32,000 nt of DNA. It comes from Erysipelothrix inopinata. Lineage in GTDB: Bacteria; Bacillota_I; Bacilli_A; Erysipelotrichales; Erysipelotrichaceae. This document shows positions 15,373 to 25,548 of this stretch, one piece after another; within the stretch, counting starts at the first letter, position 1, and every line of letters begins with the position of its first letter. The stretch spans positions 120,001 through 152,000 of the forward strand of contig NZ_CP060715.1 in assembly GCF_014396165.1 (NCBI RefSeq), given 5' to 3'. Both the position numbers and the translations under genes were made by a program. The notes beneath the pieces were generated by a model, which was not told the origin of the DNA, searched no databases, and saw only the letters and a program-made list of their open reading frames with translations.

Positions 15373-15633
15373 CTAACGTGACTTCACAATCAACTCTACG
15401 GCTTCTTCGAGAGCCTCTTGGCCATCAAGTCCTTCGGGAAGGGTATCAATGCAATCTAAAAGATTGTTGATGCCAATTAGCTTTACGATTTTATCGATAC
15501 TAGAGCGCACAGCGGTAACTTGAGCGAGAACATCCTTACAGTCCTGTCCTTCCTCTATCATCTTCGTAACGCCACGTAATTGGCCCTCAGCACGGTTTAA
15601 CCGATTAATTATCTTTTTCTCATCACAAATCAT
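15373..15633 (-). CDS. CsoR/RcnR/FrmR-family (DUF156) repressor with a CstR-like x-C-N-C sensing signature
   Basis: 86 aa. INRLNRAEGQLRGVTKMIEEGQDCKDVLAQV..NNLLDC. Counting from the first Cys, position +25 is Asn (His in Cu-sensing CsoR) and position +29 is Cys. Confidence 0.9.
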   Translation of the reverse strand: MICDEKKIINRLNRAEGQLRGVTKMIEEGQDCKDVLAQVTAVRSSIDKIVKLIGINNLLDCIDTLPEGLDGQEALEEAVELIVKSR

Positions 15634-15669
15634 GACATTGCCTCCATAAAAGTTATTTCTTCAAGATTA

Positions 15670-15688
15670 TTGCATGCAAGGCATGCGA
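15670..15688 (-). other. Intercistronic stem-loop between trxA and the csoR-family gene
   Basis: TTGCATGC (15670-15677) pairs with GCATGCGA (15681-15688): 8 bp including one G-U, 3-nt loop, no U-run. Confidence 0.35.
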
Positions 15689-15703
15689 TTGCAAGAAGGT
15701 CTT

Positions 15704-16015
15704 TTAAATCTTACTTTCAAGATATTGTTTAAGAGCTTGTTTTGGTTGGAAACCTTGAATCTTTTCTACAGGTAATCCATCTTTAAATAAGATCATTGTA
15801 GGGATACTCATAATACCGTATTGTTGAGCAATGGCTTGATTCTCATCAATATTAACTTTCTTGATTTCAACTTTACCTTCAAGTTCTGTTGAGAGTTCAT
15901 CAAGTACAGGTCCTAACATACGGCAAGGTCCGCACCATTCTGCCCAGAAATCAACGAACACATAACCATCTTTTGTTTCTTCATTAAAATTTGCATCTGT
16001 AATATTTTTTATCAT
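15704..16015 (-). CDS. trxA: Thioredoxin
   Basis: 103 aa with the WCGPC active site (FWAEWCGPCRMLGP). RBS AAAGGAG. Confidence 0.95.
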   Translation of the reverse strand: MIKNITDANFNEETKDGYVFVDFWAEWCGPCRMLGPVLDELSTELEGKVEIKKVNIDENQAIAQQYGIMSIPTMILFKDGLPVEKIQGFQPKQALKQYLESKI

Positions 16016-16037
16016 AAGACATCTCCTTTACACTTAT

Positions 16038-16065
16038 ATTATACCCCTAACCGTATAAAAGTTAA
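16038..16065 (-). promoter_or_regulatory. Promoter of trxA-csoR-family operon, overlapped by operator candidate 2 (16040-16058, TATACCCCTaaccGTATAA)
   Basis: On the minus strand, TTAACT (16065-16060), 16-nt spacer, TATAAT (16043-16038). The operator motif shares 15 of 19 positions with 14824-14842 and again covers the -10 box. Confidence 0.5.
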
Positions 16066-16078
16066 TTAATATGCTCAA

Positions 16079-16102
16079 ATAAAAAAAAGAGGACAAGCCT
16101 CT
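16079..16102 (-). terminator. Rho-independent terminator ending the atp-ktrBA transcription unit
   Basis: On the minus strand, AGAGG-CTTGT-CCTCT followed by TTTTTTTTA. The stem overlaps the ktrA stop codon. Confidence 0.8.
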
Positions 16103-16769
16103 AATTTTCATCTAAATTATTAAAGCGTTCTAAATCAGCTTCTTCAACTAATACAAAGAAGAGATCGCCATCTTTAACGATGTAATCTGGATCAACCATA
16201 ATCTTTAAACCATGAATGTCTCCACATTTTAAAGCAACGATATTAAATCCGAAATCTTGACGAAGATTTAAATCACTAATCTTTTTACCTACCCAGTTTG
16301 TAAGAGGATGAATTTCTGCAATATTGTAGTTATCATCAATTCTAAACGCATCAATAATACTGTGTTTAGCAATTTCATTTCCAAGACGTTTACCCATCTC
16401 TACTTCCGGTAGTACAACACGGTCTGCTCCTACTTTTTTAAGAACTTCAAGGTATTCCGTATTCTTTGTTTTCACAATGACATGCTTCACACCTAATTTC
16501 TTAAGATTCAGAACACCCATGATTGTATCCTCAAGACGTTCTCCTGATGCAACAATTCCAATATCTGCTTGAGCTACGTCTGCGGCTTCTAAAACTTCAT
16601 ATTTGGTAAAGTCACCCGATACACAATGATCAACATGCCCTGCAACCTCTTCAACACGTGCCATTTTTTGATCGATGGCAATTACTTCAACTTGGTGTCG
16701 TGCTAATGTTTTCGCAACGGATGCACCAAAGAGTCCTAATCCTAATACTGCTACTGTTTTATTAATCAT
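16101..16769 (-). CDS. ktrA: K+ uptake system peripheral subunit, TrkA/KtrA family (RCK domain)
   Basis: 222 aa. N-terminal Rossmann VAVLGLGLFGASVAKTL plus a C-terminal RCK_C-like half. RBS TAGGAGAAAAAATATG. Confidence 0.85.
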   Translation of the reverse strand: MINKTVAVLGLGLFGASVAKTLARHQVEVIAIDQKMARVEEVAGHVDHCVSGDFTKYEVLEAADVAQADIGIVASGERLEDTIMGVLNLKKLGVKHVIVKTKNTEYLEVLKKVGADRVVLPEVEMGKRLGNEIAKHSIIDAFRIDDNYNIAEIHPLTNWVGKKISDLNLRQDFGFNIVALKCGDIHGLKIMVDPDYIVKDGDLFFVLVEEADLERFNNLDEN

Positions 16770-16779
16770 ATTTTTTCTC

Positions 16780-18132
16780 CTAACCTACCAAGAGATTTCC
16801 TTCTGGGTATCTAATTAATGGTTCTTTCGGTTCGCTCCTACCACCAAATGATAGGAAGAATGTCAACAGTCCAATACGTCCTGCAAACATTACAATTATT
16901 AGCACAATTTTACCAATGGCTGTAAGATCAGGTGTTAATCCCATTGTTAATCCTACTGTACCAAAACACGAGAATACTTCAACTAAGACGTATTCAATAC
17001 CATATCTCTCAGGTATTGTTTCAGTAATCAAGAGTATCAATGAAGCTCCAATTACAACCATAAGTCCAATGAATACAATCATTACGGATTTCACAACACG
17101 ATCTTTAGGTATTTTCCGATTTTGGAACCGTGGTTCTTCATCATGCAGTTTTCCTTTAACGTAGAGGAAGATGGTCGCAACAGTTGTTACTTTAACCCCA
17201 CCACCTGTTGAACCAGATGACGCTCCAATGAACATTAAGATAATCGTTACAAAGATTCCCATTGAGGATACCATTGCATAGTTCACATTAGCATAACCTG
17301 CTGTACGTGGCGTTATCGCCATAAACAAATAGTTCACTAGCTGTAAATGAAGCGGTAAGTCTGCGAACGTTCCATTACGACTTTCGCTAAGCCAGAATAA
17401 TAAGAAACTTGCAAATAAGATTGATAAAGTTGTTACCAATGTTAGCTTCGTATGCATTAAAAGTTTTTTATTCTTTTTATAGTGAAGTAAATCATGCCAT
17501 ACAATAAATCCAAGTCCACCAAAGACGATTAAACCACCAATCGTTAAGATAACGAGAGGATTTTGTGTAAAGCCTTCTAAGCTGTTTCCAAACAAGTCAA
17601 ATCCTGCATTACAGAATGCAGAGATTGCATGAAATAGTGAGAAGTAGATTCCCTTCCAAAGTCCAAATCGTGGAATGAAATCAATTGAGAGCAAGATTGC
17701 CCCGATTAACTGAACTGTTAGTGAGAATTTGATAATATATCGAATTAAATACTGTGAATCTGAGAGTTTTTCTGAGTTAATGGCATCCTGCAGGATTAAA
17801 CGTTGCTTCAAGCTTAGTTTTTTACCTAAGAACACAAAGAACATTACAATCACAGACATGAATCCCAATCCGCCAATTTCAATCAGTGTAATAATTACCG
17901 TGCTACCAAAATAGTTCCAGTGTGCGGCTGTGTTAAGTGTTACTTGACCTGTTACACAAACAGCAGAAGTCGCTGTAAAGAGGGCATCCAAAAAGGGTGT
18001 CCACTCGCCACTGCGACTTGCGATTGGTAAAGATAGTAAGATTCCACCGATTAGGATTGTCATTGCAAATCCTAATGCAATATACTGGGGAATCGATAGT
18101 TTTTTAAATTTTCTTTTTAATGTTTTAATCAT
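16780..18132 (-). CDS. ktrB: K+ transporter membrane subunit, TrkH/KtrB family
   Basis: 450 aa, polytopic. Pore-loop-type motifs NAGFD, TPRTAGYANV and GSTGGGVKVTT. The start ATG overlaps the atpC stop (ATGA). Confidence 0.85.
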   Translation of the reverse strand: MIKTLKRKFKKLSIPQYIALGFAMTILIGGILLSLPIASRSGEWTPFLDALFTATSAVCVTGQVTLNTAAHWNYFGSTVIITLIEIGGLGFMSVIVMFFVFLGKKLSLKQRLILQDAINSEKLSDSQYLIRYIIKFSLTVQLIGAILLSIDFIPRFGLWKGIYFSLFHAISAFCNAGFDLFGNSLEGFTQNPLVILTIGGLIVFGGLGFIVWHDLLHYKKNKKLLMHTKLTLVTTLSILFASFLLFWLSESRNGTFADLPLHLQLVNYLFMAITPRTAGYANVNYAMVSSMGIFVTIILMFIGASSGSTGGGVKVTTVATIFLYVKGKLHDEEPRFQNRKIPKDRVVKSVMIVFIGLMVVIGASLILLITETIPERYGIEYVLVEVFSCFGTVGLTMGLTPDLTAIGKIVLIIVMFAGRIGLLTFFLSFGGRSEPKEPLIRYPEGNLLVG

Positions 18133-18529
18133 TTCTTTAGCCTCAACCTCGATAGCGATCGCTTCATGGCTAATTCAGCACGTTTAAAATCTACATGATC
18201 TTCATAATGTTGACCATGGAGTCTTTCTTCAGCACGCTGTTTTGCTTTTTCTGCACGCTCGAAATCAATCTCATCCCCACGTTCGATTGATGTAATAATC
18301 AATGTACCGCAATTATTCTCAAAAGTAAACATCCCTTCTGAAATTGCATAATCAACGCGTTCATTATCTTTTTTAAGATACATATTCCCAATTTCCAAAG
18401 GCATGACTAGAGGCATGTGATTTGGAAGTACGGTACGTTGACCATCTGTTGTAGGAAGTGTTACTGATGATACTTGAATTTCATCATAAATCCCATGCGG
18501 CGTTACTATTTTTATCTCGAACATAGTCA

Positions 18530-18530
<1 letters not shown>
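18129..18530 (-). CDS. atpC: F1 ATP synthase epsilon subunit
   Basis: 133 aa, in the position after atpD. Beta-sandwich N-terminus (VTPHG..LPNHMPL) and helical C-terminus. Confidence 0.9.
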
Positions 18531-20689
<2,159 letters not shown>

Positions 20690-20697
<8 letters not shown>

Positions 20698-22210
20698 GCT
20701 CTGCTATTTTGAAACTCTCTAATTCATTTTCGACTACTTGCTTGATGTCTTCGACCAATGCATCATCAAGAACATAGTTTTCTTTGATACGATCCAAAAT
20801 ATCTTGATGTGACGCTTCAAAGCGTTTATGCAAGAATTTTTCGAATGGTGCAACATCCTTCACATTAAGCTGATCGAGGTATCCATATTTATTTAAGAAC
20901 ATACTGATGATCATTAATTCATGAGAAATCTTTGTAAGAGCACCTTGTTTTAAGAGTTCTGTAATACGGTGTCCATGATCAATTGCTTTTTGTGTTGTTG
21001 GGTCAATATCAGAACTGAATTGAGCAAATGACAAGAGTTCATGATAGGTAGCAAGTTCAAGTTTAAGGGATGAAGATACTTGCTTCATTGCCTTAGTTTG
21101 AGCCGCTGATCCAACACGTGAAACTGACATCCCACTATCTACAGCAGGTCTCATACCGCTATTGAATGCATCAAGATTTAAGAATAACTGTCCATCGGTA
21201 ATTGAAATAACATTTGTTGGAATATATGCTGAGATATCTCCAGCCTGTGTCTCAATAATAGGAAGTGCAGTCATCGAACCGCCGCCATATTTTTCATTGA
21301 GTTTCGCACTTCTTTCAAGAAGTCTTGAATGTAAGTAGAAGACATCACCTGGGTAGGCTTCACGGCCTGCAGGACGTCTAAGTAATAATGAAATCGTACG
21401 ATAAGCTACTGCATGTTTTGATAAATCATCATACACAATCAGCACATCATCACCATTATCCATCCAATACTCTCCCATTGCACATCCTGTATAAGGAGCA
21501 ATGTATTGAAGTGGTGCAAGTTCACTTGCTGTACTTGAGACAACAACTGTATAATCAAGTGCATCATGTTCTTTCAGTTTTTCCACAACCATCGCAACAG
21601 TTGAAGCTTTTTGACCAATTGCAACATAGATACATTTTACGTTTTGTCCCTTTTGATTTAAGATTGCATTAAGTGCAATACTTGTTTTACCAGTTTGACG
21701 GTCACCAATGATTAACTCACGTTGTCCTTTACCAATTGGAATCATGGCATCAATAACTTTGATTCCAGTGTGTAACGGTTGGTTAACGGATTGGCGTGTC
21801 ATAACCCCTGGCGCAACGCGTTCAATCGGTCTCACAGATACCGTGTTTAATTCTCCCATACCATCGATTGGTTGACCCAAGGCGTTCACAACACGACCTA
21901 ACAGTGCATCACCAACACCCACTTCGATAACATGGTTTGTACGATAAACAGTATCCCCTTCTTTAATTGAAGTATCACTTCCTAAAAGAACAACCCCAAC
22001 TTGATTCTCTTCAAGGTTTAAAGCTAAACCATAAACATCGTGATCAAATCGAAGCATTTCTCCAGATAAAACATCATTTAACCCTCTAACAAAAGCAATA
22101 CCGTCTCCAACTTTAAAGACTTTACCAATATCCTCACTTAAAGTATCAAATTTAACATCTTTAATTTGTTCCTTAAGTCTTTCAATGATGTTTTCTGTTG
22201 AGTTATTCAT
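20690..22210 (-). CDS. atpA: F1 ATP synthase alpha subunit
   Basis: Walker A GDRQTGKT. I chose the start at 22210 (RBS GGAGGG at 22223-22218, 7-nt spacing) over the track's 22225, whose ATG is part of the SD. Confidence 0.95.
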
Positions 22211-22736
22211 TCGCAAACCCTCCATAACTTAGAATCTGATCAAGTTTTCCTTTTATACTTGTGTCATAAATATCATTGTTAACAGAAACTACCATTCCCT
22301 TGATCAATTGAGAATCGAGTTCATAGCTAACTTTATAACGACCTTGATATTTCTCCTTAAGAGATTTTAACAAGGTTTCTTTTTCTTTATCATTCAGTTC
22401 TCGAGAACTTCGAACATCCACAATCATGAGTAATTCATTATCAATAAGTAAATCTTGATAAGAACTTACAATCCGTGAGAAATCACGAACCATGTTTGCT
22501 TCATTCAATATCTTCAAGAAATGAATCGTTTCATTTGAATAATATGTTTCCAAGAACTTCCAAACAGGTTCTAAAACTTTATCATTAACAAGCGTCAATG
22601 ATAAAGTCTTGCGAACATCTTTATCTGCTAGAATTTCTTCAATTGATGAAAGTTCATCAAATATTTCAAGTTCACGTCCTTGTTCATGTGCAACTTCAAA
22701 GAGAGCCAGTGCATACGTCTTAGTGCTGATGATCAT
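22203..22736 (-). CDS. atpH: F1 ATP synthase delta (OSCP) subunit
   Basis: 177 aa, positioned between atpF and atpA. N-terminus YALALFEVA is typical of delta. Confidence 0.85.
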   Translation of the reverse strand: MIISTKTYALALFEVAHEQGRELEIFDELSSIEEILADKDVRKTLSLTLVNDKVLEPVWKFLETYYSNETIHFLKILNEANMVRDFSRIVSSYQDLLIDNELLMIVDVRSSRELNDKEKETLLKSLKEKYQGRYKVSYELDSQLIKGMVVSVNNDIYDTSIKGKLDQILSYGGFANE

Positions 22737-23232
22737 AATTGCGAAGCTCCTTTTGGAAATCCGGAATTAAGGTATCAGAATCAATGTCTTGATCTTCAAG
22801 AACTTTTTGATTAACGGACACTGCTGTTTCTAATAGATATTGCGACATTTCTTTGTAGAACATTTTCTTGTCTTGTTCAAAATCTTGTTTCAATTGGTTT
22901 TCTTGGCGTCTGATTTCATCTTGCGCAGACTCCACGATTGCTGCTCGTTCTTTTTCAGCTTGAGCAAGCATCGTTTTTTCAACTTCTTTTAGTTTATCCA
23001 TGGCTACGACATATGCTTCATCGGATTGTTCTTTTATACGTAAAGATTCCTCTTTAAGTTTTTTAGCTTCATCCATTTCTTCTTCCATAACCGTTGCACG
23101 TTTATCTAAATACTTTTGAACGGGTTCATAAAGATATTTACGATACATTAAATAGATAACAAAAGTAGCTCCCAATTGAGCAAGCATTGTTGCTATTTGT
23201 GGAAATAACTTTTCCGCAATATTTAAATCCAT
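22720..23232 (-). CDS. atpF: Fo ATP synthase b subunit
   Basis: 170 aa with one N-terminal TM helix followed by a long charged coiled coil. Confidence 0.85.
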   Translation of the reverse strand: MDLNIAEKLFPQIATMLAQLGATFVIYLMYRKYLYEPVQKYLDKRATVMEEEMDEAKKLKEESLRIKEQSDEAYVVAMDKLKEVEKTMLAQAEKERAAIVESAQDEIRRQENQLKQDFEQDKKMFYKEMSQYLLETAVSVNQKVLEDQDIDSDTLIPDFQKELRNYDHQH

Positions 23233-23261
23233 ACAAACCTCCTCTTAATTAATATTTTTTA

Positions 23262-23498
23262 CTAGAATACAAAAATTAATAAGAAGGCAATCAACATACC
23301 GTAGATAGCAGCTGTTTCCGCAATCCCAGCACCTAAAATTAACATTGAACGAATCTTGCTTTCAGCTTCTGGATTTTTACCAACTGCTTCAACTGCTTTA
23401 GCTGCTGCATAACCTTGTCCAACTGTTGAGAAAATACCTGTCATAACTGCGAGTGCTGCTGCAATCGCTACTAAACCTTTACCTACACTTACATCCAT
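23262..23498 (-). CDS. atpE: Fo ATP synthase c subunit
   Basis: 78-aa hairpin protein. GQGYAAAKAVEAVGKNPEA loop, and ion-binding Glu in GIAETAAIYG. Confidence 0.95.
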   Translation of the reverse strand: MDVSVGKGLVAIAAALAVMTGIFSTVGQGYAAAKAVEAVGKNPEAESKIRSMLILGAGIAETAAIYGMLIAFLLIFVF

Positions 23499-23517
23499 TT
23501 TAAAATCCTCCTATATG

Positions 23518-24195
23518 TTATTCTGCGTATTCTACCGCAATCAAAATTGATGTTAAAGAAATAAATATGAACGCCTGCAAGAATGCAGAGAACATATCAA
23601 AATATAAATGCAATACTGGAGCTACTACAACTCCAATAAAGTTAAATCCACCAATAAGTGGAACAAAGCTACTGAGCCACGCTGTGAAGGTGTACAGTAA
23701 CGTCATAATAACCGTTCCCGACAATACATTCCCAAATAAACGAAGGGACAAACTGATTAAAGGTGCAACCGTACCAAAGAAGTTTGGAATGACAAAAGGG
23801 AAGAATGGTTCAAAAAACCCTTTGAAATAACCCTTAATACCATTTTGATCTATCTTGGCATGTTGTATTAAACAAAACGATATAATCGCTAATACCAAAG
23901 TTACCGAATAATTACTTGTAGGTGATTGAAGACCCAGAAGTCCCATCATGTTTGCAAGTAAGATATAGATAAACACGGATCCAATATAAGCCGACATTCG
24001 TTTCCCATGTTTTTCACCCATGTTTTGAACCGTAAAATTATTGATAGTTTGAACAAACAAGATTGCCTTAAGAGCAAGACCCTTTGGCTTTTCTTTGAGC
24101 TCCAATCCTACCAATTTTTTATTCATCGCTTTAAATAGAATGAAGAGAAAGATTGTGAGAATTAAAATTGAGTATACTTCTTTTTGTAATTTCAT
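23518..24195 (-). CDS. atpB: Fo ATP synthase a subunit
   Basis: 225 aa. Essential Arg context LSLRLFGNVLSG. Confidence 0.92.
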   Translation of the reverse strand: MKLQKEVYSILILTIFLFILFKAMNKKLVGLELKEKPKGLALKAILFVQTINNFTVQNMGEKHGKRMSAYIGSVFIYILLANMMGLLGLQSPTSNYSVTLVLAIISFCLIQHAKIDQNGIKGYFKGFFEPFFPFVIPNFFGTVAPLISLSLRLFGNVLSGTVIMTLLYTFTAWLSSFVPLIGGFNFIGVVVAPVLHLYFDMFSAFLQAFIFISLTSILIAVEYAE

Positions 24196-24485
24196 ACACC
24201 CTCCTCTTTTTTAAAGATGCCTGTAACAAATAACAAGAAGCGATCTGCCACATAGGCTCCTGCAATCGCATAGGGATTAATAACTTGTGGAAACATAAAC
24301 GCCAATAACAACGGTAACCACAGAATTATAAATACAAATACAATGTAACTCACATATTTTTTAACTGAGAAATTTTCACCCGACAATAATACGGTATAAA
24401 ATTTCTCTCGGAAATATCCGAGTACTAGAAGGCAAGACCACCCTAATAGCCACCCTAACGCCAACTTCCAATCGACAATAATCAT
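24192..24485 (-). CDS. atpI: ATP synthase protein I (AtpI/AtpZ-like small membrane protein)
   Basis: 97 aa with 3 hydrophobic segments. First gene of the operon, with an ATGA-type overlap with atpB. Confidence 0.7.
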   Translation of the reverse strand: MIIVDWKLALGWLLGWSCLLVLGYFREKFYTVLLSGENFSVKKYVSYIVFVFIILWLPLLLAFMFPQVINPYAIAGAYVADRFLLFVTGIFKKEEGV

Positions 24486-24641
24486 AGGGATTAATCCTAC
24501 AATTATGAGTCCATATTTTATTTTTTTCGTAAGCTACACCTCCCTACATAAAAAAAGACTGCCCCCGAATTCCAATCCTATTTGATAGACCGAACTTCGA
24601 ACACATGTCCGACTTCTCATAAAATTTATGAATACAATAGA

Positions 24642-24670
24642 ATACTATCACACAGAATGCCCTTATTCAA
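24642..24670 (-). promoter_or_regulatory. Sigma-A promoter of the atp operon
   Basis: On the minus strand, TTGAAT (24670-24665), 17-nt spacer, TAGTAT (24647-24642) with an upstream TG (TGaTAGTAT). Confidence 0.6.
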
Positions 24671-24763
24671 GAATTTTCCCTATGATAACACTTACTTTTC
24701 ATCATTATTTCAACCACTATAATAAGGATAGAAAAAACTTAAGATTTCTCAATCCTTTTCCAC

Positions 24764-24793
24764 ATAAAAAATAGAGGCTTAAGCCTCTATTTT
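24764..24793 (-). terminator. Rho-independent terminator after the CE4 deacetylase gene
   Basis: Palindrome ATAGAGGCTT/AAGCCTCTAT (24771-24790). On the minus strand it is followed by TTTTTTAT. It overlaps the stop codon at 24787-24789. Confidence 0.8.
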
Positions 24794-25548
24794 ACAAGAT
24801 CGATAAATTGTTGGTGTGTAATTTTATAAGCAACAACATTTCGATTTAATTCATAGCGATTTTCATCTTTATTGTTTTTTCCGGAATTTGTTGTGAAAGC
24901 AAATTTAATATTTGACGTTTCAAATATTTTAATGACATTTTCATCATAAAATCCAAAGGGATATGCGAACACTTCTGGATAATCAACGTACTTGCTGCAT
25001 TCCTCAAGATCGCGCAATAAAGTTTCTTTATCTGTTAATTGAATGATTCCCTTAGCACCTGCACGCTCATGTAAGACATCGGTATGATTACAGAATTCAA
25101 AGACATCATGCATCTTTGTCAATTCACTTTGAGACATCACCTTAGAAATGCTCGCATCAAATTCTGAAGGTTCTTCATGCAACCAGCCACTAACAACAAA
25201 CATCGCTGCATGTAAATTATAGTTCTTTAGAATTGGATACGCATAGTGATAAACTGACTGAAACGCATCATCAAATGTCAGAAAAACTGACTTCTCAGGG
25301 AGTTCTTTCTCCCCTTCATAATACGCAATCATGTCGGAAACGCTCATAAAATAATAGTTTTCATCTACCAGATACTTAATTTGATCTTCAAAATCTTGGA
25401 CGCGTGTAAAAAGTGGCAAAGGTAGAATGTCTGCATATTTGGAGGCAACATCAATATGAGATGCTTTCGAGTCATCATAGTGATCATCACGAAATTCGTG
25501 GTAAACAAGTGTTATAAAACTCATCTTATTGTGCCTGTTGTGCATCAT
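24787..25548 (-). CDS. Polysaccharide deacetylase (CE4 / NodB-homology) family protein
   Basis: FLTFDDAFQSVYHYAYPIL matches the TFDD motif-1 region. There is a later His-containing block, NHTDVLHE. The start is ambiguous: ATG at 25548, or ATG at 25524, which lies 1 nt after the tex stop. Confidence 0.8.
   Translation of the reverse strand: MMHNRHNKMSFITLVYHEFRDDHYDDSKASHIDVASKYADILPLPLFTRVQDFEDQIKYLVDENYYFMSVSDMIAYYEGEKELPEKSVFLTFDDAFQSVYHYAYPILKNYNLHAAMFVVSGWLHEEPSEFDASISKVMSQSELTKMHDVFEFCNHTDVLHERAGAKGIIQLTDKETLLRDLEECSKYVDYPEVFAYPFGFYDENVIKIFETSNIKFAFTTNSGKNNKDENRYELNRNVVAYKITHQQFIDLVK

Noticed and set aside
24537-24544. Strong orphan SD (GGGAGGTG) 45 nt upstream of the atpI ATG. The in-frame extension (LTKKIKYGLIIVGLIP) is open back to TAG at 24536-24534.
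   Set aside because: No ATG, GTG or TTG lies at a usable distance. Only ACG, CTT or ATA codons are available. The annotated ATG has a weak AGGA at 9 nt. A non-canonical start is possible but cannot be supported from sequence alone.
24545-24640. Imperfect hairpin (CGAAGTTC..GAATTCG) followed about 10 nt later by a T7 run in the atp operon leader, considered as a possible attenuator
   Set aside because: The stem is short with a bulge, and the T-run is separated from it by GGGGCAGTC. This is not a canonical intrinsic terminator, and I recognised no known leader motif.
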